A DNA stretch of 64,000 nucleotides from NCBI GenBank assembly GCA_963693365.1, contig CAVNZM010000006.1:10605355-10669354 (forward strand), given 5' to 3'. Shown here piece by piece: positions 1 through 39,721 of this stretch (its first letter is position 1; each line of letters begins with the position of its first letter). Position numbers and translations under genes: made by a program. The stretch comes from Amoebidium appalachense. Taxonomy: Eukaryota > Protista > Ichthyosporea. A model generated the notes under the pieces. The model did not search any database. It had not been told where the DNA came from and saw nothing but the letters and a program-made list of their open reading frames with translations.

Positions 1-420
1 CCCCCCCCAAAAAAAAAAAAAAAAAAAAAAAAAACAAGCACGCACGCACACATGCGCACGCACACACACACACAAGCATATATCCTACACACCCTATACA
101 AGCACACTCACACACAGAAAAGAAAACCAGAAGGAGAAATGAAATGATGAGAACAATCCTTAACACATTGGCCGATCAGTAGTAGTAATAATAGTCATAA
201 AAATACAATTAGCGAGAAGGGAAAAGAGAAGACAGGAAAGAAAAAAAAAGGACACACTCGCGCACATATACGTGCACACATATACAAAATACGCACACGC
301 CCGTGTGCGCGCTTTTTCTCACACACACGGGCGTGCGCACACACGCACGCGCACACACACACATACACATACACACACGCACACGTGCACACATGCATGA
401 ACAAAACACAGTCATACACA

Positions 421-454
<34 letters not shown>

Positions 455-709
455 ACAACCCGCCTATCCCACCTCGCCTTACCCGCCTCTTCTACGTTCC
501 CCCCAATCTCATATTTTTCCCCTCTGATTGCGAATTCTGCGGCCTTCGGGACTTAATTCTTTTCAGCTGGTGTAGTATGTTAGCCAGGGAAGTATCGACT
601 TAGGTATCGACGGGGGAGCTTCCTAGAAGCCCCGTCTCCTGAGTTCCTATCTATATTTTTCTTGCTTCTGCTTACTGCTGCAACTTTAACCCCCGGCCTT
701 TCCCACTGC

Positions 710-959
710 CCTTGCCTGCATAAGCAACCCTGCTCGTCTCTGATCAAGACGGGTGACCTACTCATGTTCAAGTGAAACAGTATCTGAGTTGGGTTTCGTT
801 AACGAGGGGAATAGGTCGAAACTCGGGTACTGTGGATGACGTGGGCCCCCCCTGAGGATGGGCTCTGCTTATTATGCATACTCTTTATGTATGGCTTGCA
901 TTCTGCATCGTGTTATCCGTTTGTTCTTGTGTACTTCGTACTTTTTGACGCATTCAAAA
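710..959 (+). repeat. Diverged partial copy A of the ~400-bp structured intronic element
   Basis: gcataagcaaccctgctcgtc...gtcgaaactc...ccctgaggatgggctctgctt...gcattcaaaa followed by poly-C; aligns by eye to 2203-2483 and 20707-20988. Confidence 0.85.
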
Positions 960-1238
960 CCCCCCCCCCACCCCACCCACCCACCCACCCACCCACCCAC
1001 CCACCCACCCCACCCCCCCCCCCCCCCCCCCCCCCCCTCCCCCCCACCCCTCCTCCCTCCTCCGATTGCTTCTGTGTCATCTGTATCCTGTACAAATCTA
1101 GGCCCCCTCTTTCCTTCTTTTCCCCGCTCTCCCCATGTTCCTTGTCCCACATGCAGTTTACTTATGCTTGCCTCTCCTTTCTTCCATCCCTCCGTGTGTC
1201 CCCCCCCCCTCCTCCCCCCCCTTCATGCAGGTCCCAGT

Positions 1239-6968
<5,730 letters not shown>

Positions 6969-8528
6969 AGCACAGGTGTACGGTCGTGTGATTATAATTG
7001 TGGCTCAATAGCTCTGGGTATGTCTGAATTGAATGGCTCCCTTTGCATCTTGTCCAGCACTGGTGGTGATGGTGTGTTGTAGTCAGTGTTTTTTTCTTGT
7101 GTGTGTGTGTGTGTGTGTGTGTTTGGGGGGGGAGGGGGGGGGGGAGGAGGAGGCTTGGCCTGTGATGTGTATGTTAGTACGGTGTTTGCTATAGCCGGGT
7201 GTACTGTCACAATGGTTCATGCAGTTGAACGGTTGACTGCGAGGTACTCTAGGTGTGTCGCCAAACTTTTACCCGTTGCCCTGCATTCAAAATCTTAATA
7301 AATTACTATTGATAAGAAGTTCTGTTTTGTTCATCTCAGGCTGTTTATGAACCTTTTTGCTTTGCCCACACCCCAGACCACCAGCACCTCAGATTCACAG
7401 TTTCACCTTGCTGAGCAACTATGTACCCTGCACGGAGGTGGTTTTTACTCAGTAGCTCAGGTAGGCCTGAGCTAACTTATGATAGCAGCGTGCCATGCAT
7501 GGCCTCCGGTCGATCGACCCGTCTTGGAGTCGGCCAATTATTTGATTTTTGTTTTGCGGTTCTCACGCGCAGGTAATTACTTATAAGGCAGTGGGTTGGA
7601 GTCGCACACCTCTCATGCAGTGGCCTGAAGGGGAGATGCACCCATTCTTACCTCTGCCGTATACCTACATGTGCATCACCTGCACGTGGCAAGATGCATT
7701 TGAGCTGGCTCGCTCCGAAGTTGTTACGTGAGACGGCTGGGGCCGGGGACCCCCTGGGCCGCCCGGCCAGGCCGCAGCTGGGCCAGCGCTAGCGGAAAAA
7801 ATCTTCGCCGGACTCCCATTTTAGCTGAGGTATGTGAGACGACATAAGAGGGCCATGCCCTATTGGTTATTATTTGATTGGTCAACGAGTCCATCAGCAG
7901 AATCACCAATAGGAAAACTAGTTTGTTCAGGGGGCTGCGGGCTGGCAGACAGGGTCAGGCATTTTAACCGTATTTCTGCACAATCCGGTACGTTTGACAG
8001 CATTACTTTTTTTGTATATGAATGCCACTTTTAATTGATAACTTACACGTGCGCATACACACACATACACACACACGCTATGTTTCCAAATATGCTGTAC
8101 ATATTGTTATGTAGTATCTAGATATTTTCGGGTGGAAATACTGTTGGCCTTGGTGTCAGCACCTCATGACAACCCATAAACATGTCGACAGTAATAAATA
8201 GCATCATGAAATTTTTCCCGGGGTTGCCGTCAATCGTAGCTAAATACGACATCTTTGTATCTGAGTAATGCAACCCTGAGGAATGTACAAACTCCCGGGA
8301 AATGTTGCCTTTTTTGGCTCGGTCAGTCTATCCAGGAAGACACCGGTGACCAAGCGACCGTCAAAACAAACACACCAACTTGCACGGTAGGTGCGCCGTG
8401 TTTGACAAACACACCAACTTGCAGCCGCAGGTGAGCTGAAGTGTCTCAGGGGGTAGCCATTGGAGACTTTCTCCGGTTACGCTTTCACAGAATCCCTTCG
8501 CCCCTATTTGTACTTAGACGTCGGCGAC

Positions 8529-10143
8529 ATGGTGCCCAGACTATTTGCTCTTTTGAGCGCCGCGTGGGCGGTCAATGCCTGCAGCGAGCTCATGACGCAG
8601 TACAACATCGACACCAACCCCACCTCTGCACGCACAATGGACTGGGGTATGCCCGACCTGCTTTCAGAGCTCCTGGTGAAACCACGCGGGGCCCCTATCG
8701 CCACCTTTCCCATCCGTGACTGCCCCACCTGCAAGCTGCCCTCTCTCGAGACTAAGTATGGCTATGCCTGCATGAACGCCTTTCACGAGGACATCTGTGG
8801 GGACGGCCTCAACGAGATGGGCCTGTCTGTCGCTGCACTGGCCCTCAAGGCCACCAAGTACCCCAGGTACACGGACGCTGACAAACGGCCTATCTTCCCG
8901 CTCTACTCGCTACCGGCATATTTGCTCGGCACGTGCGACTCCATCGACTGCGTCAAAACAGAGGTTGGTGCGTGGCAGATTGCAGACGCTGTTGTGCCGG
9001 GGTTTGCGGCCTTCAATGAGAAGTTCAAGGGGGCGTACCCCTCAAACACCATGCCCGTGCACCTCAGCGTTCATGATGCCAAAGGCCGGAGTGTGGTCAT
9101 TGAGTTCATAGACAGCGAGAAAAATGCCACGGCACCACTGTGCTTTAACAACAACCCTTCAGTGTTCTACCCCCAGGCTGGTGCCAGGCTCTGCGTCTAC
9201 GACAACAACGACCTTCAGGTGTTGACCAACGACCCCAACTTCGAGCAGATGACTAATAACGTGCTGGGCCGCATGAACATCACAAGTTCAGACAAGCTCG
9301 ACACCGTGCCCAACGAAGTACTATTTACCGCGCAGAAGGGGGCTGGTTCCTATGCGCCGGACGACCGCTTTACCCAACTCGTGGTGCTACAGCAGTATGC
9401 ACAGAGGGCCTCGGGCGAGTGGGTGCCCGGCCTGTTAGACCCCTCCTTCGTCAGCTCAAACAGGGACACGGATGCCATTGCCGGTGCTTCCCAGTTTATC
9501 GGGCGTGTGACACGGGTGATTGGCGGGGATATTGTCCATACTGGTGACTGGACCACCACCTACGTGACTATCCGTGACCACAAGAATGGAAAGTACTACT
9601 TCAAGACCCCAGCCAACCCCAACTTCCAGGTGGTGGACCTGACAGACCCTCTACTGGCCCTGCAGGTAAGCAAAGCCCATGACTTGGTGTGCAACGTTTG
9701 TTAGATCAGGACACACGATGCCTTGGAACCCGGCTGCATTGCTGACTTTTGACTTAGCACATGAGTATTTCAGTACGCTGCACAGTATCCGTTATTCCCT
9801 GCTGACCCCCGACCCCTTCACGCAGGACAACCAGACAACACGCAAGGCTGTGGCCCTCAACTACAACAGCGACCAACCGTTTGCCAACGTCGTGTCCTAC
9901 CCGCTGATGGCCAGCGCCCCACCGACAAGCAATTCTTGCGGGAGCCAGTACCAGGAGGTATTCCTGGGCTTCAACTCACGGGAGCTCATCATGCTGGGGC
10001 TGTTGATAGGAAACGTTCTACTCACGATCGTTGTGATGTTCTGTGTGTGCCTCCGACGAGGCAAGAAGCAGCTGGCTACGTACAATATCTATCAAGACGG
10101 CCAGCAAGACAACAAATCTCAAGTGCATCTGCTGGGTAAATAG
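8529..10143 (+). CDS. Choloylglycine hydrolase / penicillin V acylase family Ntn-hydrolase with signal peptide and C-terminal TM helix (~484 aa)
   Basis: Exon 1 8529-9665, intron gtaagc...gctgac...cgcag, exon 2 9826-10143 (phase 0). MVPRLFALLSAAWAVNA then C (N-terminal nucleophile), ARTMDW, DGLNEMGLSVA, HLSVHDAKGRSVVIEF, VLTNDP, DRF, T.Y..IRD....KYYF; TM LIMLGLLIGNVLLTIVVMFCVCL-RRGKK. Confidence 0.9.
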
Positions 10144-11193
10144 TGTAGAAAAAAGGATAGGCATTCCATTGCCGGCCGTTGGAAAGTTAGCGGGTTAATA
10201 GCAGTGTAGATTGTGGTTGAAGGCCAACAAGTAGCTCTATTAATATGCAACGCGATTAGAAAATTTTAAGTCTCAGTGTAGTGTTCGTTAGAATTAACCT
10301 TTCAGATTTAAAAGGCACTGAAGCTATGTGAATAGCCTTCGTGGACGGCTATGTAGATATTATAACTCAGGGTGACAAATAAACCCTTGCTGGCAAGGTG
10401 CCATACTCGGCAAATACAGGTTGACATGCACAACTCCAAACATCGAACATTATTCTTGCCTGTATATGCAGCTGGTGCATGTGGCAACATGCTTAGAGCA
10501 GTACACGCTGCAAGAGTCTCATGATCGCGTTTTTATATGTGTCTACCGTAACCCTCAAGGCTCTGCAGTCAGTTTCGCACAATATACCAGGTGTAACAGT
10601 TTGTCTGGACCCAGCAGTTACACGAGCAACACCACCAGCCCACGGCCCTCTGTGTTCAGAGGGCAGTGACCAGCCGCAGATCGTTGCAAAAAACCGACAA
10701 GCGTCAAGCTGACCCAGCCAGACTTTAAATATAAGGGAAGGGGGAGAGAGAAATGGAGTAAACAACGTGCATAAAGCCAGTCTCTTACCTCTGCAGGTCG
10801 GGCTGTTGTTTTGCTTTTGCTTCTGCAGCTGGCACTGAGTTCAGCAGTGCAGCGTTGCGATTGCCGATCCACTGCCAGAGGGAAAGAAAGGAATTCGGTA
10901 AGGAATGCAGGCGGGAAAACATTGCCTGAAATAGCAATAAAGAAGATGAAACGGCTGGCTGAGCGCTCAGCTATTTGGCGTCAACTTAGAGACCGTCAGA
11001 CCGGATAAGTGAACCAATCGGGTGTCACCTTGTGCATTCCGTATTTTACAACAGGCTCTGTAGAGGTCCAGAGGTTGAAGGAAATACGAGGGTGTGTGGG
11101 AAGGGCGAAAATGTGCAGAAAAGGTAGCTACATAGATGTTTGAATAGGCCTTCAATCGTTGCACACCTAGCGAGATCTGGGCGATGCACGACA

Positions 11194-24930
<13,737 letters not shown>

Positions 24931-26925
24931 ATTTTTTTGATCTTATTTTATTTTTTTTCCCGAAGATCTGGGGGGGAGGGGGGGGTCATATAGGGAGCAT
25001 GTTAAGGCGACAAACGCGTAGAGCGGGGAGAGGGGGGGGGGGGGGGGGGGGGAGGGGAGGGGGAGAGAGGGGGTGGGGTGAGGGGGAGAGGGCGGGCGGG
25101 CGGGCGGGCGGGCGGGGGGGGGGGGGGGGGGGGAGGGGGGAGAGGGGGGGCTTATAGGCCCGGAAGAGTAGATTTTCTTCGAATGTTTTTCAAGCTGGCC
25201 GCCGTGGCATTTCGTAGCGAATGATTTTACTTGTTTGCTGGCCCATGCAACCAGCCAAACATCATTTTAGGGAGGAGTTTAGTGTTTTTTGTCACACCTT
25301 AGTACTAGCAGCATCCCCCCACATATTAAGGCTTAACAGCACATAGTGTGGTAACGGAAACAATGTTGGGTATGAATGGTACACGCACACACTCTGCAGG
25401 CATGCCTCTAACTGTGGATAGGGGCATGATCGGCCCCACACCTCAGCACACATGCTAAAAGCGCTGTAATATCTCAAGAAAATTTGAAAAAGCCGAATCA
25501 TGATCAGAACCATGGGCCACGGTGCCCAGATTGAAAGCCCTCTGTAGGCGTGGCTTTCGTGTTGTTGATGCTCTCCTTTTATTCTGTGTATATACTTCGT
25601 CTAGTAGTACATGATACGCACATGCATGCCTGAACGATGTTCAAGCCTAGCCATCATCACAACCATGCATATATTACAATATAACTGCCCGTACCAGCCC
25701 CGTAGTGGAGTTGCATTCCATGCACGTGCACAGCCTTTACACACACACGTCGACGTGCAGCCGTGCGACCACACCGGGCTACGTGTTGATCACGGACTGT
25801 CAGCAAGGCCATGTTTTCGTGCCCTGCAGCCGTACTGGGACACCTAATACATCTATCGAGATCCGTCTGCTGAGCAACTGCACATGTGTATGTGTAATGC
25901 CATGCCATCTGCGGAGCAACTGCACATGTGTATGTGCAATGCCATGCAAGATGTGTGCACGCGCACACCTCGCTCGGAGTTGCAGCGCACACGCATGCGC
26001 ATACCACGTGCCATAGCCATGTGTGCTGGGGGGCACATGCATGCATGCATGGGAAGTCTATGGTCAAGACACGTGATACTTGTATGTGCAGCCGCAACAC
26101 TAGCATTGAAATGGCAAATTCATGGTGTACAGGTCACTGTCACTATGCATGTGGAGGTGTGCCTAGTGCACGCGTGGCCACTGGCAGGAAGTACTTGCAC
26201 TGAGATTCAACTTGAACACCATAATAATGACTTTCTGTGCATACATTAGATATATTTACTTATCACAGGGCAAAGACCTCCAGGGACTCTATCCCCCACT
26301 CTATATACATTTATCCCCACCCAAGTACAACCCAGCTGGCAGCCTCAATTACTAAGGTCACCTACCATATATCCCCGACTATACGCCATGTGACCCAACT
26401 CCACATAGGGCCCCCCCTCTTTAATATCAACCACAGCCATTCAACACTGGAGGCCTAGGGCTGCGACTAGATCTTCATTCCATGGAAAAACAAACAAATC
26501 CTACAGCAGACAATGAGGAAATAAACTCTCGTACTCACACAAGTCACACGAACGTGCAAATAACAAGAAAACAGAAAAAAGAGAAAGGAAAAAAAAAGAG
26601 AAAGAAAAAGAATGATGAATACAAGTGAATACCGTATTTAAATCAAGGGGCAAGGTACCCCGACTATCACAGTGCACTGATAATGTACAATCATGCTTCG
26701 TATATTCGTTCCGGTGCAACCATACTTCTGAGAGCTATCAACTGTGTGCAACTAGGTCCGGATTTCCTGCAAAATGATAACAGTGCCGCGCATAATTGCA
26801 CAAATTTCATATGCATAAGTGTGGATAGTGTATGTGTTGTTCTGCACACATTTTGAATATCTTGCTATCCAAGTCTACTGGACGTGTTGCACTGTGAATA
26901 TCTTACTCTCTGTGGTTCTAAACAC

Positions 26926-33137
<6,212 letters not shown>

Positions 33138-34325
33138 CCTGTCAGAACAGTAATAACTAAAGGTAACACTCGGATTAAAAGAAAGCTTGTTCTTCTGCTC
33201 TGAAGCTCGGACTTAGCTCTTTGAACTTGTGACGTAATGCTAATGTAATGGCAAAGGAATTTATTCGTCACTCTCCTCTAGATCGCGAAGAGACGGTGCG
33301 CAAGTCAGACAAATATTATTTTTTTTTTGACTGGATTTATTCGACAAATACCAAAACTTATAAGTTATTGTGAGAGACACAATTTAAAGCTCAAATATAT
33401 AATTCTATAGTACTATAAAGCGAAATGATTTTACTAGGTTAGCACGTATAGCTGCACATATACTCTAAAGCATTGGTCATAGTGGAAGCAAAGAAATTAC
33501 AGGAAAGCTGAAAGTTCAAGAATTTTAAAATACAAGCGCCCCAAAGACTCACATCCCGGGTGATCTACCACATCTTTGCTGACGCGACGTCACTATCTGA
33601 CGAATCAAAAGCCGTAGAGCACAACTGTCCAATTAGCGGTTCCCAGTAGCTGCACGTGATTATTAAGGATCTACGTGAGAATATGCAAAATAAAAAAGTC
33701 TTAAGTTTTCTAATAAAGCTTTTAAATTGTTTAAATCCACTCTGCGTCAGCCTGTTTTGACCGGCTGGCGATGAACGTTGATAAGGCTCACTGAAAGATG
33801 TAGTTGCGAAGGTTCACCGGACGATAGGTCACCTTCCAAATATGGCATAACTGAGCCCGCCCAGAATGCGTGTAATTATTAACCGGTTGTATCGTTTTTT
33901 TGTCACAACCAAATGCGTAAAGCATTGCTAAAGTGCTTAAAAAATGAACCTAAAGCAATATCAACATGTATGTAATAGTTCATAGGATAAATATTTAGGT
34001 TTTTATTTGATTATATGGGGATACTAGCGCAACGTTGAAGACGACGAAACCACGAAGGGCGCAATGTCGTTACCCACCTTTTAAAAAACTTTGTTATTGG
34101 GCTACAGAAAAAGCGCGTAAATAGTCCAATCAGCGTCTTGTGGAGTCGCACGCCAAATAACCGTTTACATGCGGTACGGTATACAGGTGCGACCGTAACT
34201 GTTGAGGGGGCAAAAAAAAAAAAACACGTCTAGGTCATCGTTACGTTATTATCGTTGTTAACGATCAGCAGATGCTACTGGCACGCAACCGGGCTATGTC
34301 AAGCTAACACTGGTGGTGTCAATAA

Positions 34326-35290
34326 TGGACGTGGAGCGAGACCGTGAGCTTATGTCAGCGTTGGAAGAACTTATTATGGGCACAGTATACGTAGGCACGT
34401 CGGGCAATTCAAAAATTGCCCGCTCCTGATATGGTACCCGGGCCCAGGGAGGCACCCGTGAGGAAGAAGATGTGCCAGCGAACCAACCCACCGAAAACGA
34501 CTTTCACGAGAGTGAATGTGGGGACCATATGCCCACACGTGTACCACACATAGACAAACGACAGCACTATTCTGGCTATGTACTTCGTGATGTGTCTAAT
34601 TTGCTAAAAAAGAACGAGAAGGGCCTACCCAAAAAGACGAAGAAAGACAGTGTGCGGCAGCGCATATACGAGCTGTATATGGAAAAGGGCAAACCCGACA
34701 GCGAGCTCAACAGCGAGCAGATAAAACGGCGCCGCGAAGCAGAGGAGTCGTATGCCAAACGTACAACGAATTTTCGACTATGCACCAAGTGCTACGAGTT
34801 GTTGCGGGGCAGGACGAAGTATTGTCGTGTTTGCGAACCAACACAATTCAAGCGGCGGAAGAGGGAAAATTATAAAGAGTGCCGTGGGCTTGACAAGGTG
34901 GTAGAAGTCAGCACGGGTAGTTTGCCGTTGCCGAAGGATCAGCGCGAGATGATAGCACTGCTTTCGGCTTCAGAGCAGGTTGCCAACTCAACAACGGTAG
35001 CATTTAGCCGGCGCATGTTTCTGGTCAAAGGAAGAAACCCAGGGGGCGCTGATCGACGGTATGTAAAGCAGTTGTTTGTGGTGCGTGCGTGTGTGTGCAT
35101 ACGGGTGTGTGTCTTCCTACTTCGTTATTGGGCTTACGATGTTTTTTCTACTCGTCTCTTTGCAATTGTGTGTGCCTACGTGCGTGTGTTGTTCATGTCT
35201 AGCAGATCTGCTCGTGTACCAGCCTGCCCGTGTCATTCAATTCATCCGATGATGAGTTAGTTGCAAAGTTGGCTGTACGCTGCGGTGTGT

Positions 35291-35321
<31 letters not shown>

Positions 35322-35325
35322 GGGG

Positions 35326-35375
<50 letters not shown>

Positions 35376-35405
35376 CCGCGGGGGGGGGGGGGGGGGGGGG
35401 GTTCT

Positions 35406-35441
<36 letters not shown>

Positions 35442-35499
35442 GCGAGGCTGTGTGTGTGTGTGTGTGGGTTGGGGGGGGGGGGGGGGGGGGGGGGGGTTC

Positions 35500-35536
<37 letters not shown>

Positions 35537-35855
35537 GCGAGGCTGTGTGTGTGTGTGTTTGTGTGGGTTGGGGGGGGAGGGGGGGGGGGGGGGGGGGAAG
35601 GGTTAGGAATCTACGACGATTGTAAATATCGGCAGAAAAAAAACACAAAACACAAGTCGTTGTTGCCACATACAGTCCACGTGTTTGTGCGAACGTATAC
35701 GTACGTATCATAATGCACGAACATCTCCTGTTTGTGCATGGAAGTAATGAGTAGCCGCAGCTGCAGGCAGGCAGGCATGCGTAGACTTAACAGAAATTGA
35801 AGTAAAGGCAAGAAACTATACGTGCGCGTTGAATTCGAAGGGTGCACATCATGAT
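34326..35855 (+). CDS. Putative spliced gene or pseudogene of unknown function with basic region and CxxC-x10-CxxC motif
   Basis: Complex-sequence ORF 34472-~35059 (LCTKCYELLRGRTKYCRVC), donor gtatgt ~35059, candidate exons ~35206-35284, ~35607-35694, ~35771-35855. The ATG at ~34326 reaches TGA at ~34427, so the 5' end is frameshifted or unresolved. Confidence 0.4.
35283..35600. repeat. Composite repeat (GT)n-poly(G)-poly(T)-ggcgaggct, ~3 units
   Basis: Unit visibly repeated at ~35283, 35441, 35536. Confidence 0.8.
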
Positions 35856-36895
35856 GATGGCATACTATCTCTCGATTATAAATACATCAACAGCACTGCT
35901 CCATTGTCGCCCATGGGGAAAGCCTCGTACATCAACAGCACTGCTCCATTGTCGCCCATGGGGAAAGCACGGATTTTACACGCGGGAACGCACAGAAACA
36001 CGCACACACATGCACACACACACACACACGCACACACACACACACATACAAACGGTGGCATACACAGAAATGTACCCACACGTACACACACACACAGACA
36101 CACACACCGTGGCACACAAAGATTTTGCACGCACGTCTACATGCACCTGCACAATGTAAGTTGCTGATGAACACACACGGGCACACGCACACGGACATGC
36201 ACACACGCGCACACACCAACACACCCCGCTGCACACTGTGCATGCACATGTAAATACTCACCCACACGAGCGAGGGGGAGGGGTGAGGGAGGAAACGAGG
36301 GATGAGAGTAGGAGAGGATCGTTAAAAGAATTCCAAACGATCTTTTTTTTTTTTTTTTTTTTTTAACACGGTGTGAGCGCGCATTTTTCACTTGAATAGG
36401 AACGTCACGAGTTCAAAATATCGATAGATTCTGTTCATTTGCCCGTCGGTACACAAACGCTGGCACCTAAAAACATAGTTATCCTGTAAATCAAAAAGTG
36501 AATGCATATGAAACTTTCGCATTAATACATATCTACTTACCGGTGCATTTACATATCCACAGTGGTCAAAAAATAGCCAGAATGCAGCTATACAGAGTCT
36601 ACTGGTACTTATCCACATGTACTTCATGATATGTATATATATAACTTATCCACTCACATGTGCTTCATGATATTCAAGTGCATTCGGGGTTTACGCTGTT
36701 TACTCGAGGCAAAGAGAAACCAGTCTCAGGTATGGGGGGGGGGGGTTTGCTCGGAATATCCCCTCAGCGGTATATCATGAACACGTACATAGATGTCGGG
36801 TGATGACTATATATCAGGGTTTACTTTCTCTACGAGACACCATAAAGACTACAAGGAGAAATCAATTAGTTGGGGTTCCCCGTTTTTTTTTTTTG

Positions 36896-36928
<33 letters not shown>

Positions 36929-36991
36929 TATATATATATTCTTTATTTTTTTTTTTAAAGGGGCTCCCCTGGGACACTCGGTATCAGCTGG

Positions 36992-37044
<53 letters not shown>

Positions 37045-37065
37045 GTGTGTGTGTGTGCGCGTGCG

Positions 37066-39721
37066 CTATAATTTTGTAGTGATGTGTTTCTCAAGCCAAT
37101 CAATACATCTAATAAACAGGTCGTAGTTACGCGTGTTTAGCATTAAAATCAAGGATGTTGTAATTTACAGGTAGTTATCTTTCTGGGTGTCTGTTGTGAA
37201 TGTGACGTGTGTGTGTTGCGGTATTATGTGGTCTATCAAACTACATTTGGCGATACATGACCGGTTAAACTGGTGTGTGTGTGTGTTGTTTGGGCATGCA
37301 AATGATGCCACCTTATACTTATTAGATCTCCACTGTATAGCACGTGTACAGTAAAAGCGTGGTAATTGATCAATAATACCATCAGCTAGAGAAAGACCAG
37401 TTCTACAGGAAGGTAATACGTATTTAGGTGTTATACATTTGCGAGTGCCATATTTGGCAATATGGTTGAGGCGGTCAGTATATATAAAACGAGACATAAG
37501 GCTTAGTTTTTCAAGGTGTATGCTTTCATCGGGTCTAGTGTCGTGTGGTATCTTTTTCCATTTGTTATATTGCGTGATTATCTTGTGATTGTGTACATGT
37601 TTAATGAGTAAGTGGCAGTCCAAAGTCACACACACACTATTGCGGGGTTTATTTGTATTTGTGCCCAGGGGAGAAGGGGAGAGAGAGGGGAGGAAAGAGG
37701 GGAGAGGTGAGGAGGGGACAGGTCGGATAGAGAAGAGAGGGTGGGAGGGCAAATACTTCTTTAAGCGGCTTATGTGCTTATTGAATTTCAGCGCGAGATA
37801 GGATACTCTAGCAGCTATTGGGACCAGACCATATATCGAGAGCGTTACAGGCCCAGGTTTACAACAGTTGTTAGATAGAAAGGAGGCAACTTCTGCTTCA
37901 AGGAAATTTGCCAAGGGTTTAAGCGCTCTAGTTCTCTCTTTCTTGATCCAAGCGGCGAGAAGGGGTAAACCATATTCACATGCCGGGAAGACAAAAGTGC
38001 GAATAAATGTAAGTCTAATAGAAGGATGGAGGGGTGTGTCTTTAAAAATATTAGCCGAGAAGAAAGCTAACAGTTTACGAGCCAACTCTACCCTCTTTTC
38101 GACCATATGGGGAAACATAACACCAACAGAATCAACCGGAACACCAAGATATTTGTATTCTGGAACTATAGGTACAGGTTTAGATGATAATGTAAATGTG
38201 TGTAAATTGTTAGCTATATCAGGTACAAGAACACCACATTTGTCTATGTTAAGGATCATAAGGTTTGCCTTGCACCACTCTGACACTACATCGAACAATC
38301 TTTGCAGGCGTCTAGGGGTACGGGCAAGGAGGGACAGATCATCAGCATAGAGAAGTGCAGGCGGAAAGTTATTAATAGGGTCATCGTTTTCGGCGTAAAT
38401 CTTGACAGCCAAATCATCTATAAATAGGTTAAACAAAAAGGGGCTAAGCAATGAACCCTGCAAGAGACCTCTAGTACGAGCAAAACCATATGAAAGATGC
38501 CCATTAACCACAGCTCTACCATAGGTTTGAGACAAGAGTGCTTCTAACAGAACACCAATGCAGTGTGGTGCACCCCGTGCAGCAAGCTTTTCCCATAGGA
38601 GACCAGGGGAGACAGAATCGTAAGCAGTTTTCCAATCAATAAAGCCAACATATCGTGCACCAACTTGTATAGAATCGTGCAGTGCCATTATTTGAACATA
38701 ACATGAATTGTTTTTACGAAAAGCGGATTGGCATGGGTGTATGTGAAGAATAGATTGAAACCTAGGGTGATGTGCAAATAACCTAAGTAAGCAAGCTTCA
38801 AAGAATCTACGAACAACCTGGGTTAGTGTAATGGGCGAAAGGATGATATGGGGCCCTCAGAGTCCTTCTTAACTATGGGGATCACTAAGGTATCTAACCA
38901 AGATGACGGGACATGTCCACATTTAACACACCAAGAAAAGAGAGAGCTTAACATGATAGTAAGATCAGGTTTAATATCACGATCACTTTCCTTTTGTGGG
39001 TAGGAGGGAACAAGGATTTTAAGAAACCCAGCAGGGAGTCCATCAGGTCCACAAGACTTACTAGAGCTATAACTAGATATCACAGACCATATGGCATCGG
39101 GACTGAAAAAGGGGAGGATCGATTCTATGGGGATAGATGGGTCTACAGGCCACACAATAGGTTTCTGAGCGGGGGTCCTATCTTTAAACAGTTCCGAGAA
39201 ATATCAGAGTCTATGAGGGGGTCTCCAGTGGTATCACCAATAATACGAGCAGGGGGGCCAAATCGATTCATACTAGCAAGCCGGCGCAAGCTTTCCTTTT
39301 GAGACAGGGGTTCGCCTAGTCTAGCGGGAGTGGTGTTTGGTAACAAGAGAGCATCGGGATATTCCTTCCTACCACCGCCAGCATAATCACCGAGATCTAT
39401 CAAATCATCAACAATAAAGTTAGTGCATGTATCTAGTACGAGATGTGAATCTGGTCTGGCTTGTGCAGATTCTAATAGGCGCATATATATAGGGTGTTTC
39501 GTTGCATAGCATACACATACATCAACTCTACCCCACTGTGACTTAAGCTGGGATAGACGAAGGCGAAAGGTGGGAGGAGGAGGGGGGAGCAGATCAAGGG
39601 AGATCTTAGGTAGGAAAAGGATAGGAGAGTGGTCAGATGACCTAGAGAGGTTAGGTGGGAGAGAGAGTTTTGACATGGTTGATGGCCAAAAGGCCACTCC
39701 CCAGTCGGTGTTGAAGTGCAT
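37066..39721 (-). mobile_element. 5'-truncated degenerate LINE (end of APE, RT, C-terminal Cys region)
   Basis: TDWG...SDHSPILF, KSCGPDGL, FRPL, FIDWKTAYDSV, GLLQGSLLSPFLFNLFIDDL, LYADDL, YKYLGV; several frameshifts; terminal ...YDLFIRCIDWL* followed directly by (CA)n; colinear with 55041-58251. Confidence 0.93.
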
